Positions 13,845 to 29,368 are shown, counted from the first letter of the stretch. The stretch is 64,000 bases of DNA from Octopus vulgaris (GCA_951406725.2 OX597823.1:106640001-106704000); one strand, 5' to 3'. A program made the numbers and translations. The notes: generated by a model not told the origin, from the letters alone.

Positions 13845-14062
13845 TACATAAAAAAAAACGTTGAACACGATGAGAAACGAAAACATAAAAACAAAACCAT
13901 GGAAAGGGACTTTTTATTCCGACAACGAAAAAAACAAACAGAGAAACGAGACATACAACATAAAGAATATTCCTCTTCTTCAGTTGTCCCTGTTTCATCT
14001 ACTCCACTTTCGAAGGCAAGGACAAGACTTCATTGAAACAATCCTTCCCGCAAAGCAAATTA
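13845..14062 (-). mobile_element. Family P2 repeat
   Basis: Reverse complement resembles 36225-36440 (ccttcgaaa..gagtagatgaaac..actgaagaag). Confidence 0.7.
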
Positions 14063-14312
14063 CACATACACACTCGCACTCACTCTCTCTCTCTCTCACA
14101 CACGCGCGCACACACACATCAACAGTGAAAAGTTAAATATATTAGCGAAAAGTGGAAATATATTTAAAGAATGATTTGCTTTTATTATTTTTAAGGAGCA
14201 CTGTATCAAGATAGAATAAATAAGTATCTATGCATATATACATACATACATGCACGCATACATACACATACGTGCACAACACATATATGTATGCATATAC
14301 ATATTTATATAT

Positions 14313-14381
<69 letters not shown>

Positions 14382-14408
14382 TTTATTTAAAGCAGCAGAA
14401 TATTCAAC

Positions 14409-14455
14409 AAAACCTGTTACTCTGAGTTTCCCGCTCCCGTTCATCGGACAGTTTT
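14409..14455 (-). ncRNA. Hammerhead-like motif with U4C core change
   Basis: aaaactgt-CCGATGA-acgggagcgg-GAAA-CTCAGAG-TA-acaggtttt, flanked by (TA)n tracts. Confidence 0.6.
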
Positions 14456-14532
14456 TTGCTAGCATATTACTCTACCACTGGTAATTGACGACTCTTTTTT
14501 CCACCTTTTTTCACATTTATGTGTTTACTCCG

Positions 14533-14590
<58 letters not shown>

Positions 14591-14608
14591 TTATATATAT
14601 ATATATGT

Positions 14609-14652
<44 letters not shown>

Positions 14653-15711
14653 CACACACACACACATAATTATATAAATATCTATTGTTTGTTTAGTGAG
14701 TAATTTCGTGTCCCAATAGTCTTTCAGCTGTGGTTTAGCCCTAGATAACGTATTGATGAAGCATATTTATGTCCAAAGGTATTACATGCATGTTGTGTGT
14801 ACGGGTGCCTGTACATATATAAATTTCACTGCTTAAAGTTGTATCCATAGATGTGTCTAGAACAAGAACGCAACCATTAGATGACAAAAAATTATTTACG
14901 CTTCATAGAAGTATTTATTTAATATATAACCGTTCTAGTTTATCGTTCTTACAAGTAAATTCTTCTTAACTTAATGTTGTCAGTGTTCAGTTTCTAAGAA
15001 TATTTTATTTTTAGCTGGATTCTTCATCGCTTAACTCTTATATATGTTTTTGACTATAGCAAGATTTGGATGTCTTGAAATTTGTCGAACATTTTGTTTG
15101 TTGTTTTGAATCTGTTGTAATCTTTAGCTTTTCGAATCTTCAGCTTTGAATTTGCATTCTTCTCTTTGTATATCATATTTTGAACTTTTTCGTGCGTATA
15201 TACATTGTTTATTTGTATCTTAGTTTTTAATATTTTTTCATTTGTTTTTTTGTTGTTGTTTTTATTAAATTATTGTCTTTATGCTTCGATAGATGTTTTT
15301 CCTTATCTTTCTTTATATACAACCAGCCGTCCCTCACTTGTACCAAGCATTTCTTGATGGCATGTATCATACTTTCGCTAATTGCTTTCGGGGCCCGTGT
15401 CGTCGCGTGCTGGTTTATACGTTCACTCGATTACTCCAGGCCCTTAACACACAGGCAAATCGAGGATGAAATATATCTAGAGAGAATGAAAGATGCACCA
15501 GCATCCCGATTGGTTCTCCTTTACAGCTGAGTAGACTGGTGTAACATAGAGTAAAGTACCTTGCTTAAGGGTAGAACGCATCAGAATTTTAACCCATGAT
15601 CTATATCTCTGGTTTTCACTTTTCGAAATAGTTACATTGCTGGTGGTTTATCTTGAGATACGACTTAAGTAGAATTTCAAAGTGACGCACGCACACGCAC
15701 GCACGCGCACG

Positions 15712-15765
<54 letters not shown>

Positions 15766-15974
15766 CTCTCTCTATTATATTATATTTTAATGATATTGTG
15801 AAAGAACACGGAGACAAAATATGGCTGTGTGGTAAGTAGCTTGCTTACCAACTTCATGGCTGAAACAAGTAAAAGAATAAAAGAAGATATATATGGATAT
15901 TGATGTATGTATATGCATATATGTTAAGATAGATAGAGGAGACCAAAAGTGTACGTACGCCGCTATTTGTATAT

Positions 15975-16630
15975 ATAAAATAAAACAAAACAATAAAGAA
16001 ACAAGAACGTAACAGGCGGCAAGAAAACATCCGGACAGTTGGACGATACAAAAGAAGGACAGGAAAAAACAAGGACAGGTCATTCGTAAATTTCTATCTT
16101 CAGCCGAGTACCAGATCGTCGTTGTAGTTTCGGCCAGTTACGCTCGAGACAGCTGTTACCGGTGTTCCGCCAAGCCTGATCTTTCTTTCTTGGTTCGACT
16201 ACCATCCGTGTAGCATCTCTTATATTCCTACCCATGACTTTCATCTCTTATGTTCCTACCGTAAGTCTTCACTTCCACACCCGCCAGCTTAGTTAAATTC
16301 GTCTAATTCGAAAGACACCTGTTGTTAATGTCCTGTTGTTTGTATGTGTAACTGTGTACCATTTCTCTGTGATTTTCGTCCTCGTTTTCGTATACACTCG
16401 CTTGCTTTCTTCCAAAGAATCTAATGCTCTTAGCTTAGATTTTCTTGGGAACGACCAGGTTGCAGCAATCTCGAGTGTAACTGGTCGAAACTGCAATGAC
16501 GATCTGGTACTCGACTGAAGATAGAAAGCTCTGAATGACTCGTCCTTGTATTTTCCTGTACTATTTGTATCGTCTAACTGTCTGTTTTGTGATTGCCTGT
16601 TACATTCTTGTTCCGTTTTTTAAAAAATAT
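15975..16630. mobile_element. Older fold-back element, family P4 (diverged inverted arms ~15975-16150 and ~16465-16630)
   Basis: tctatcttcagccgagtaccagatcgtc vs gacgatctggtactcgactgaagataga; related copy at 45484-45900. Confidence 0.7.
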
Positions 16631-16727
16631 TAACATAGATACATATATATGCACAAATACATACATATATATTAATACCCCTTTCAAAATATCTTTTGTA
16701 TATATATATATGATATATATATTTATG

Positions 16728-16821
<94 letters not shown>

Positions 16822-17266
16822 TTAAAATATCTTTTAAATATCTCATCTATATATGTATATTGTGTGTGTGTGTATGTATATGCATATATGTAAACATAGA
16901 TACATACATGCATATTAATACCCTTTTAAAATATCTTTTAAATGTCTCAAACACACACACACACACACACATATGTATACGAGATATTTAAAAGATATTC
17001 TGGAAGTGGTATTTTGGAGAGATGTACATGAAAAATGTAAGCAGGATAAAGAAACAGAAAAAACGTAGAGGGAAAGTTCAAACTGAAAATGATGACAGTG
17101 TATATTTAATGTATAATATTGGAAATGGTGGCGAATATTGTATTTTTGTGTTACGATCACCAGGTTAGATTTACTCCGGAAGTTGATGTGATAGGTGTTC
17201 GATAGAAATGTTCTTATCATTCCGTTTCTTTTTCCAAATTCATATGTAATACGCCGTAGAAGCGCT

Positions 17267-17330
<64 letters not shown>

Positions 17331-17832
17331 GTGAGTGGAGAAGGAAGGGGGAGAGAAAGAGACAATGAAAATGTGAGAAAGAGAGTGATGAAAAGAGAGA
17401 GAGAGTGGGGTTGGAAATAGATAGATACAGTAAGAGCAGGAGTTAAGGAAGAAGTAAATGGATGGAAGGTATTGTAATGGAAGCGACACCAATTACAAAC
17501 TGACAAATGCTGTGCGAAGATACGCATAGACAAGGAAAAAAATCTATTAAAAAAAAATGATGTGTGTGTGTGTGTGTAAATATCATAAGGCGAGCTGGCA
17601 AAGTGAGTTCAAATTCTCCCGCAGCCGATTTAGCACTTCATGCTTTCGTTTTGATATGGTAAGTACTATTCGAACACTGGGCTTTTTGTAATTGACTAAC
17701 TTCACCCCTAAAATTGCTGGCCTAGTGCCAAAATTTGAAGTCAGTATTTATAGATGTGTGTGTGTGTAAATATGTTGTGTGTGTGTATATATATGTTGTG
17801 TATATGTATATATATATGTGTATATATATATG

Positions 17833-17902
<70 letters not shown>

Positions 17903-17904
17903 GT

Positions 17905-18125
17905 GTGGAGGCGCAATGGCCCAGTGGTTAGGGCAGCGGACTTGCGGTCGGAGGATCGCGGTTTCGATTCCCAGACCGGGCGTTGTGTGTGTTTATTGAG
18001 CGAAAACACCTAAAAGCTCCACGAGGCTCCGGCAGGGGATGGTGGTGATCCCTGCTGTACTCTTTCACCACTCTAAAAGGCGGTACTCCAGCATGGCCGC
18101 AGTCAAATGACTGAAACAAGTACAA
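17905..18125 (+). mobile_element. Chimeric SINE: family C head joined to family B tail
   Basis: ggaggcgcaatggcccagtggttagggcagcgga head to ctttcacca, then aaggcggtactccagcatggccgcagtcaaatgactgaaacaag and poly-A. Confidence 0.85.
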
Positions 18126-18137
18126 AAAAAAAAAAAA

Positions 18138-18415
<278 letters not shown>

Positions 18416-18419
18416 TGAC

Positions 18420-18736
18420 GTCGCAGCTCATTTATTAACGTGCAAGTGGCCGAGCATTCCACAGACACGTGTACCCTTAACGTAGTTCTCGGGGAGATTC
18501 TGCGTGACACAGAGTGTGACAAGGTTGCCCCTTTGAAATACAGGTACAGCAGAAACAGGAAGAAAGGGTGAGAGAAAGTTGTGGTGAAAGAGTACAGCAG
18601 GGTTCACCCTCTGCCGGAGCCTCGTGGAGCTTTAGGTGTTTTTGCTCAATAAACACTCACAATGCCCAGTCTAGGAATCGAAACCACGATCCTACGACCG
18701 CAAGTCCGCTGCCCTAACCACTGAACCATTGCGCCT

Positions 18737-18740
<4 letters not shown>
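18420..18740 (-). mobile_element. SINE family C
   Basis: Matches 25912-26282 and the reverse complement of the 17905 head. Confidence 0.9.
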
Positions 18741-18788
<48 letters not shown>

Positions 18789-19257
18789 GAAATCAAATTT
18801 TTCTTGAGAACACATTCTTCGTGGTAATGGCGATTTGACGTCTATGTTTAGTATATAGGGTGTCCACTTTAGTGGTCATTCCTCTTAATTTTGTATGTAA
18901 CACAATTTTTAATCTTCGGATTTTTAAATATGCTAAGCCACTGGTTTTAATTGATTAACATCAATTTCTACCCTTATTATTTAATTTTAAATAATAAATG
19001 TTCCCTAACCGGTAAATTGGCTGCTGAAATTTATTAACTGCAGAGTAATTTCCGGCCTCAGCGCGCCAAAGTGAAGGCATTTGAAAAAATACACCCAAAA
19101 ATAAATTGTAGAACTTTATACATGAATCGATTTCGGTTGAGCGTTTCTAGTTCTGGAAATTGTGTTTTGTAAGCGACAGACTACGCCGATGACCTTGCAG
19201 ATATCAACGTGTTTATATAAGTGGATATTAACAAGTGAAACCAATGGTACGTAGTTA

Positions 19258-19291
19258 ATATGCGTTTCGAGCCTACGCTCTTCAGCAGAAA
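19258..19291 (-). ncRNA. Hammerhead-like motif, A6 variant, degenerate
   Basis: ttt-CTGCTGA-a-gagc-gtag-gctc-GAAACGCA; sister of 50241-50274. Confidence 0.5.
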
Positions 19292-19341
19292 GGAACACGA
19301 TGAAATAAACAAAGAGAGAATAAAAAAAGCTATATATCTAA

Positions 19342-19458
<117 letters not shown>

Positions 19459-19672
19459 CTATATTAAATCTCTTAGGGAGATATAAACAGTAGCAACACG
19501 GAATCGTAACATATAATTACCAACCAAGCGTGGCATCCCATACAGGACAGTGCTACTGACGTTTATAGCCCAGGAAGACATCTATTCCAGCTGGCTAACG
19601 ACACACATTCTGTGTCCGATTAGTATTTGTGAGGGGAGGTCATCGCTCCCTTCTCTAGCCTTACGTGATACC

Positions 19673-19714
19673 CACGGACTCGAGTTTCTGGGTGGTTACC
19701 CATCCTTAGCGTAT
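19673..19714 (-). ncRNA. Hammerhead (family P3), G5A-mutated copy
   Basis: tacg-CTAAGGA-tgggt/accca-GAAA-CTCGAG-TC-cgtg. Confidence 0.7.
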
Positions 19715-20010
19715 GTTAATCATAAATACTAATCGAACACAGAATGTGTGTCGTTAGCCAACTGGAAAAGATGTCTTCCTGGGGCAATAAACGTCAGTAG
19801 CTCTTGGTTGGCACTCTTGGTTGGCACACTCGGTTGGCGCACTTGGTTGGCAGTCATATGTTAAAATTCCATATTCCTACTGTTTATATCTCGCTCAGAG
19901 ATTTGATATAGCTTATTTATCCTTTCTCTAGATCAGCGATGGTTCGTCGCTGGAAAAAGCATATAGTATTTTGCGAGTGGAATGAGTTTTCGTCACTAGC
20001 AGGTGATTAA

Positions 20011-20055
20011 CACAGGCTGAGGACGGGTAACTACTCAGAAACTCGAGTCCGTGTG
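20011..20055 (+). ncRNA. Hammerhead (family P3), intact core
   Basis: cacagg-CTGAGGA-cgggtaactactca-GAAA-CTCGAG-TC-cgtgtg; palindrome ACTCGAGT. Confidence 0.8.
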
Positions 20056-20285
20056 TATTACGTAAAGTTAGAGATAGGATCGATAATCTACCATCGGACA
20101 CAGAATGTGTGTCGTTAGCCAGCCGGAAGAGATGTCTTCCTGGGGCTATAAACGTCAGTAGCACAGTCCTATATAGGACGCCTCACTTGGTTGGCAACTA
20201 TATGTTACGATATATATTAATATAGTTGAAATTTACAGAAAAACAAAAGACGAAGATAGGTGCATAATGAGAGAGAGAGAGAGAG

Positions 20286-20360
<75 letters not shown>

Positions 20361-20850
20361 AGGGTTATTAGTGAGTTAGAGAGGGATTATCAATACAAGG
20401 CAAAAAGTACTTTATAACGTTTCTGTTTTTTACATCGATAAACAGGTTCAAGAATTTCCCGGAGGAGGACTGATTCCTCGACATTTCGTATTCTTTTATT
20501 GTCATAACATTTTTCAGTTATTTTATTTTACTTTTTCAAAACACCGAGATACTTCGGAACAACAATTTTGGCTTTAGTTACAGCCCCACCTCTAATACAG
20601 AGAATTATTTTGACTGCCATGGTGACTTTTGGAATTCTAATTCAGTTGCAATCTTCCCTTTAAAGAGAGAAATCTCTCTCCAGTTTAATCCTGATACAGT
20701 TTCTATTAACTTGTCAGCACATCTGAAATTAATACTCATGTACCTTTCTACGCACAGTCACCAACTTTGCTTATGATTGTTCTAACTAACGCATTATACA
20801 TCCCCAAATTTGTTTACCCCAACCCGTGTTTACCCTTTGCTGTCAATACC

Positions 20851-21272
20851 AATTTCTTTACTACCCACAAGGGGCTAAACACAGAGAGGACAAACAAGGA
20901 CAGACAAACGGTTTAAGTCGATTATATCGATCCCAGTGCGTAACTGGTACTTATTTAATCGACTCCGAAAGGATGAAAGGCAAAGTCAACCTCGGCGGAA
21001 TTTGAACTCAGAACGTAGCGGAAAACAAAATACCTATTTCTATTTCTTTACTACCCACAAGGGGCTAAACACAGAGAGGACAAACAAGGACAGACAAACG
21101 GTTTTAGTCGATTATATCAACACCAGTGCGTAACTGGTACTAAATTTATCGACCCCGAAAGGATGAAAGGCAAAGTCGACCCCGGCGGAATTTGAACTCA
21201 GAATGTAACGGCAGACAAAATACCGCTAAGCATTTCACCTGGTGCGCTAACGTTTCTGCCAGCTCGCCACCT
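20851..21272 (-). mobile_element. SINE family A tandem dimer with 13-bp TSD
   Basis: TSD ttgctgtcaatac at 20837-20849 and 21277-21289. Confidence 0.92.
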
Positions 21273-21621
21273 TCCCTTGCTGTCAATACAGTATATCTTT
21301 ATCATTAAAGCGGAACACGTCCCTCTTCTTCACACCAAGGTTATACTGGTCAGTCTTAAATTCAGAACCATTGGAAGTAAAATGGCTGTCATACTACACA
21401 AAACACAAAGCTTGCAATGGAACTAGGTTTATAAATATACACAAGAAGACAATTTGATGCTGGAAAACACCAGCAAGTTTCAATCAAACATTCAATGTGT
21501 CCAATATTCATTCGCATATTCCCTGGTAAATTTAACTCATGCTCCTTTCAACCTTTACTTCGTAATCTTCAAAAAATAAAGCAGAAACATTTCTATGCTA
21601 TTAGTATGATAGGTTCAGCAA

Positions 21622-21685
21622 GCGGTAACACTAAACACTGGCCACATTTTCATGCGGTAACACTAAACACTGGCCACATTTTCAT
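21622..21685. repeat. 32-bp tandem duplication
   Basis: gcggtaacactaaacactggccacattttcat x2. Confidence 0.9.
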
Positions 21686-22012
21686 GCTCAAAAGTATAAT
21701 GTCTACAAGGAGTCGTTAAAATTTACATTACGTCGTGTTAACAACGTTTTCCACATCACCTTAGGAGATGTTATTCAGAATTTGGCAAAATGCATAAACC
21801 GTTTTAACGAGGGAACTACGGTATTTCAAAGTCATGTTTAATAATGCAGAGATGCATGTTGCGCGCGGGCACACACACACACACACACACACGCACGATA
21901 ACAATTTGCTTGTGGTATAGAAGAATCATATAAACGTGAATTTTATTAATTAAAAATATCATATGTATGTATGAGCGTCTGTGTACACATGTGTATACAT
22001 ACATACATTATA

Positions 22013-22048
<36 letters not shown>

Positions 22049-22058
22049 TGTATGTATA

Positions 22059-22143
<85 letters not shown>

Positions 22144-22778
22144 GTATGTATGTATATATCATATATCATATATATTTTCGTGCTTTATGTTTCTAGATTT
22201 GAAAAATAAAAAATACCTTGATCAGAAATTCACTACAAACCTGCACAGTACATATAGATAGAATGCAAATTGTAATTTGACAAGGAAAAGGTCGAATGTT
22301 AAATAAAAGTTTTGCTGATAGACGATGTGAAATGAAGCAGTCGATTGGCATAACATAAAGGGCGTCATACCACAATTTAATACGAATATATGTGTGCGTA
22401 TGTCCACACACACACACACACACACATGTATGTGTGTGTATGTGTATGTGTATGTATATATATATATATGTTATTTGTATATATTTACATATATGTTTAC
22501 ATATATGTGGTACGAATATATTTGGGTTTATATTCATACATATATTGGTATATACGTGTATGTTTGTGTGTGAGAGAGAATGGGGGAGAAATAGAGAGAT
22601 GAAGAAGGAGACGGAGGAAGAAAGAGAGAGAGAGAGAGCGTTGAAAAGTTTTATATTCATGTTAAAGATATAACCCCAATTCACGGTACATTCTCGTTGA
22701 TTTCTTTCTTCAAAGTGCATGCCTAATGTATTTTTAGAAACAATTATATACATATATATACTTACATACATTCATCCA

Positions 22779-22829
<51 letters not shown>

Positions 22830-23162
22830 TCATACATATACTGATATGTATGTATGTATTTAAGTATGTCTATTTGTAGATGTGTGTGTGTGTGTGCTCC
22901 GGCGTCGTTCATAACGCAATTAATGCTACGAGCAGCTTATAAGAACTGGAATCTCAAATGATTACATTTCGTCGCCGTTAGGTATATCAACACCCAGGGA
23001 ATCCTCATCAAATGTAAGGATACAGCAGATTCTTTCATTAGCGCTCACAGATGGCCTTGTTAGATTTCATGACACATGCTTTATATGGCAGCATGTACAT
23101 GATCTTTTCAAAGGGACATGTTTATACGTACACAGCTATGTACGCATGCATACATACATACA

Positions 23163-23193
<31 letters not shown>

Positions 23194-23260
23194 GTATATG
23201 TATGTATGTATGTATGTATGTATACATATGTGTTTCTGTATGCATATATATACATATATG

Positions 23261-23291
<31 letters not shown>

Positions 23292-23494
23292 ATATATATA
23301 TATGTGCGTGCGTGTGTGTGTGTATATATATATATATATACACACACACATATATATTTGCATATATATGTATATATATATATATATATATGGATATATG
23401 TATATGTGTTTATATATATATATATATACGTCGTATATATATACACGAATGCATTAAAATCTATATATATGTGTGTATATATAAGCATATACAC

Positions 23495-23583
<89 letters not shown>

Positions 23584-23803
23584 CATATATATATATATAT
23601 GTGTGTATATATACATACATACATACACACATACATACATACATACATAAATACACACATGCAAACATATAAATATGTATATGTGTATTTTATATTATGG
23701 CTGAGTATTTTATATGTGTCCTAAGTCACGGAATTTTCTTGACTATGTATGAATGCATGTGTGTGTTTGTGCGTATTCATACATATTCATATACACAAAA
23801 AGA

Positions 23804-23843
<40 letters not shown>

Positions 23844-24201
23844 ATATGCTTATGTTAGTGTATGCCTGTGGCGAAGTGATGTAAAAACGTTTATAACCCG
23901 TTGATGGATATATCTGAATTCGAAATCTAAGCAGAAAATGAGCAGAAAATCTAAGCAGAAAACGATACTCCGTGCATCCATTCATGCGCGATCTCGATTC
24001 CAGCCTATGTCCAGATTGTGGTAGTGTCGGGATTATTTATGCGTGCTTATATAGGCCTATATCTATACGTATACAAATACACATGCATCCACACATACAT
24101 GTATATACACACATATATATGTATGTATACATTCTTATTTTGCAATATATATACGTGATCGCAGAAACACATATGCTATGTATTATGTATATAGGTATAC
24201 A

Positions 24202-24306
<105 letters not shown>

Positions 24307-24329
24307 CTCTCTTTCTCTCTCTCTCTCTA

Positions 24330-24368
<39 letters not shown>

Positions 24369-24373
24369 ATATA

Positions 24374-24415
<42 letters not shown>

Positions 24416-24458
24416 CATGCATGTATATTTCCGGGGCTATATGTGTGTACGTGAATGG

Positions 24459-24573
<115 letters not shown>

Positions 24574-24957
24574 TGTACGCGCGCGCGTGTTAATCTGTTA
24601 GCCGTAGAAAACTTCAGTGTATCACTGGCGGCAAGAACCGAATCAATTTGATGATGAAGACGGAAAGATGGTTTAGTGTCAGTTGCAATTTACTTGAATT
24701 AGTTAGAAGTCGACTGTCCACTGAAGTATAGAAGATAATTTAGAGGAGGAGGCATGCGGAAAGTGAATACTTACTCTCCCAATAATGATTACATACACTC
24801 ACTCACCCACTCACCCACCCACTCACTCACTCACACACATGCGCGCACGCGCACAAGAACGCAAGTGCTCAATATACATAGATATATAAATGCAAATATA
24901 TATATATATACACACGTATAAATACATATACATACACACACAAATACATATATATAA

Positions 24958-24996
<39 letters not shown>

Positions 24997-25173
24997 TTTA
25001 ATTCGTTATGATATGTGGTTTGTGCTTGAAGACAATGTTTGGAATATTTCTCAACATATGAAACTATTGGTAGCACTTAAAGACATGTGGTGTGTCCTTT
25101 AGATAAATAATATACATACATATATGTATATACATATATATATATACATACAAATATATATATATATATACAC

Positions 25174-25204
<31 letters not shown>

Positions 25205-25205
<1 letters not shown>

Positions 25206-25350
25206 GCTTTTTTTCCCTCTGTCTTCCCTTCTCGGGATCTTTCTTTCTCCTATGTTTCTGACGAAGAGCGTCCAATAATACTTTATTTGTTCCACGTCCT
25301 CGCGTTGCTGTGTTTTTTTTTGTTTTTTCTTGTTTTCTTGTTTGGATTAA
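25205..25350 (+). mobile_element. Family P5 copy with internal deletion
   Basis: Matches 41750-41935 but lacks the segment between two gagc words. Confidence 0.8.
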
Positions 25351-25406
25351 CTTTATATACATATATATATACACACACATATATATATACATATATACAC
25401 ACACAT

Positions 25407-25463
<57 letters not shown>

Positions 25464-25911
25464 ATCGCGCTCTCATATGTATACATGGTTTTTTTTATTT
25501 GCCGCTTCTTTCTAGCGATCCTTTATGTACATCGTCATATATTACTGAGCCTTCATCTGGAATATTCTATTAAATCAAGTCTGCAGAGTTTTTTAACGAG
25601 TGAATTGTTCATGTCCCAGATTTGAATTTCGATTAGAACATCATTTCTTTGTGTGTCTTATCGATGACCGTGTAAAAGAAATGCATGAACTTCACCCCAC
25701 ATTATTCAGTTTTTCATGAAAATCTGAAAGTCAATGGTAATCAAGTTGATCTTGCATCGATCCTTTACTGCGATTGATTATAGAATCAGATAAAATTGTT
25801 GCAGTTGTTGGTGGTGTTTAACCTAAGCTCAATCCTGATGAGCTGACTAATGATCAAAGACATTCAGGTTGTGACCACCAACATGTCTTGATTTAAGTAA
25901 TCTCTCTTTCA

Positions 25912-26282
25912 CTCCGTCGGTTACGACGACGAGGGTTCCGGTTGATCCGAATCAACGAAACAGCCTGCTCGTGTAAGTGTAAGTGGCTGAGCACTCCACA
26001 GGCACGTGTACCCGTAACGTAGTTCTCGGGGATATTCAGCGTGACACAGAGAGTGACAAGGCTGGCCCTTTGAAATACAGGTACAACAGAAACAGGAAGT
26101 AAGAGTGAGAGAAAGTTGTGGTGAAAGAGTACAGCAGGGATCACCACCATCCCTTGCCGGAGCCTCGTGGAGCCTTAGGTGTTTTCGCTCAATAAACACT
26201 CACAACACCCGGTCTGGGAATCGAAACTGCGATCCTATGACCGCGAGCCCGCTGCCCTAACCACTGGGCCATCTCACCTCCA
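25912..26282 (-). mobile_element. SINE family C, full length
   Basis: tRNA-like head (ggcccagtggttagggcagcg, gtttcgattccc) and tail ctcgtcgtcgtaaccgacggagt. Confidence 0.9.
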
Positions 26283-27469
26283 TTTAAGTAATAATATACC
26301 AAGGACTAAATTGTGTAATGTTATCTTCCTAAAAGAGATGGTTAGTCTGTTATTTGAGAACGATATGGTTGTTATTTTTAGTAGATCTATCAACTGCATT
26401 ATGACCTTATTGTTGGCTTGCTTACACAGTCGGTTGTTTTTATATAAGCTAAGTCCAATAACCAGCATAGAGGACCATGTCAACTTTATGTTATGTTGTT
26501 GTTTAGTCCTAGATCAGCTCTGAACAAATAGGCCCATTATGAAAGACGGTCCAGGCGTAGCCATTCTATTTCATTTGCCTATGACCACATTATGTAAAGC
26601 GTTCGTTCATTTATAAGAAGGTATGGTGCAATTTAAGGGACATTTAAACACATGTTTCTTGTAGGGGCAGATGCTATTCATTTTCCCACGTGCCATTCTT
26701 ACATAGAATCTAGGCTTATGCCATTGGTAGAACACTCCGCACTATGTTATACACACTACGGTATTTAGTGTTGGCATCGCAGTAGTAAACACTAATGAGT
26801 TCTGCTTGTGTACTGCTCTTTAGACTCAGAGTTATTGCTAAATTGGTACACTTTATTGCAGTGAAGTATACTGTATCATTAGGCGTCTTGACCAAGTATA
26901 ATATTCAGATATTCACCGTCCCCCGACAAACTGCTAATTCTACCCAAATGGCTCAGTCAAGTGTATATATAATTGTATATAAACAATTATAAGGTATGAC
27001 TCAGTAGAGAGTATTATCTCACCTTCCACCTCCGAGTATACGACAATTAAACACAATTTCAGTTCAAACCCAATTTCAGGAATTGAGAACTTTGTCTGAA
27101 TGCGAAAGACCAGCAATCATCAAGAGAAATATTCTGAAATATAAGTGTACTCATAAAACTGCATCGGTGTCACTAAACAAGCGACTACGTTGTTATTTCC
27201 TTGAGAATCGAACTAAACCCAAAACAATCGAAAAGAAAAAAATAATCATTAATTACGTTACTTGCCTTCCATCTGAATTTACGGAGATCACATGGATCTG
27301 CCAAAATCTGCGAATTGAGTCATCGGAACACGATGTAATACAAGGCTAAGTAAAAAATCATACACACACTCGTTTCTATAACTTATTAAAACATAATCAT
27401 GGGTGGAACAATTACATTATCTTTTGACATAGTCTCTTTGTTTTTCGATGTACTTATTCCTTTTCTACT

Positions 27470-28220
27470 CTAGGCACAAGGCCCGAAATGTTTTTGGGGG
27501 AGGGGGAGAGGGGGAGGGGCAGTCGATAAGATCGCCCCCAGTACGCAACTGGTACTTAATTTATCGGCTCCGGAAGAATGAAAGGCAAAGTTGACCTCGG
27601 CGGAATTTGAACCCAGGACATAAAAACAGACGAAATGCTGCTAAGCGAGCTAACGTTTCTTATTTCTTTACTACCCACAAGGGGTTAAACACAGAGGGGA
27701 CAAACAAGGACAGACAAAGGGATTAAGTCGATTACATCGACCCCAGTGCGTAACTGGTACTTATTTAATCGACCCCGAAAGGATGAAAGGCAAAGTCGAC
27801 CACGGCGGAATTGGAACTCAGAACGTAACGGCAGATGAAACACCTATTTCTTTACTACCCACAAGGGGATAAACACAGAGGGGACAAACAAGGACAGACA
27901 AAGGGATTAAGTCGATTACATCGACCCCAGTGCGTAACTGGTACTTATTTAATCGACCCCGAAAGGATGAAAGGCAAAGTCGACCACGGCGGAATTGGAA
28001 CTCAGAACGTAACGGCAGATGAAATACCTATTTCTTTACTACCCACAAGGGGCTAAACCCAGAGAGGACAAACAAGGACAGACAAAGGAAGTAAGTCGAT
28101 TATATCGACTCCAGCTCGTAACTGGTACTTAATTTATCGACCCCGAAAGGACGAAAGGCAAAGTCAACCTCGGTGGAATTTGAACTCAGAATGTAACGGC
28201 AGACGAAATACTGCCGCTAC
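27470..28220 (-). mobile_element. SINE family A array (variant copy plus three ~184-bp tandem units)
   Basis: Units start at 27661, 27845 and 28029. Confidence 0.9.
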
Positions 28221-28244
28221 GTTCTGGCAGCTCGCCGCCTTTCG

Positions 28245-29368
28245 ATGCATTTATTCCAGCGGTCCACAAGCTTCCTTATTCCATCGAAGAAGGTTTTCAG
28301 CTGATCATGCATTTATGCACTGCTTCCTACGCTTCTTCGTTCGTAGCAAATTGTCCAAGGAGGTGATAGTCTGTAGGGGCGAAATCTGGACTGTACCCAG
28401 AATGTTCCAGCAACACAAAACCCAGTTTTCCAATGGTTTCAAAGGTGTGGCCGTCTGTGTGTGGGCGTGCATTATTGTACAACAATAACGGTTGCTTTGG
28501 CAATAGACATCGGCGTTTGGTGCAAATTGATGGTTTCAGTTTGTTGGCCAGCATTTCACTATAGCCTACACTGCTGATTGTAGACCCTTTTCGAGGTAAT
28601 GTTCCGATATAGGCTCTTCAGCGTCACTTTTTCTATGGAAGTTTGAGTTTTGATTTTTTGTTACGCTGGCGATTCCAGTTGCTTCCACTCCTTTTGGATT
28701 CTGGCCCAGAGTAACAGACCCAGGTTTCAACTTCTGTGATTATTTTCCCCACAAAAGCTTCGCCTACATCATTGTAGAGGTCGCTTAAGCGTTTACAGAT
28801 CTTCACACTATTGCGCTTATGTGCCCGGTAGCTCTCTTGGGACACATCTGGTACAGACTTTATGGAAGTTAGGCTTGTCGGGTATAATTTTGTATGCAGA
28901 ACCATGACTAATCTGCTGAGAACATGCCATCTCATCGATGATCATTCGTCAGTTCGCCAGATCCATCTCTCGGGCTTATTGTATCTTCACATCAGTGGTG
29001 GAGGGTGTTGCGTGTCCTGCCGTCTCTTCGTGCTTCTCGTTGTCTGGTCATTTTTAAACTTCTCGATCCGCTCATATGCACTTCTGCGCGAGAGAGCGCT
29101 GTAGCCGTATTGTATTGAAAGTCTGCGAAGAGTTTCTGCCCCTGACATACCTTCGGAGCAGACAAATTGGGTCACACGGTGCACACAGCCAGCGGAGCAG
29201 CCATGTTTCCTCTGTAGCATAAGAAAGAAAACTAAGAGCGATCAAGGTGAAACCTCAGTTACGTAACCGCAAGAACAAGTATTCTTAGCACGCGCGCGCC
29301 GAAGGTAGTGGGGTCAACCTAAAGAAAGTTTTGACGAAGTGCGGACAATTTTTTACTTCTCCTAAATA
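28245..29368 (-). pseudogene. Decayed mariner (Tc1/mariner) transposon, frameshifted transposase
   Basis: HTH region EGMSGAETLRRLSIQYGYSALSRRSAYERIEKFKN; IITEVETWV..PESKR; LLYNNARPHT...YSPDFAPTDYHL; TIR-like agtgcggacaattttttacttctcct at ~29338-29368. Confidence 0.93.

Noticed and set aside
16435-16545. Possible hammerhead(s) in family P4
   Set aside because: Stem gaccag/ctggtc precedes GAAA, but core and cleavage triplet are inconsistent across the three copies
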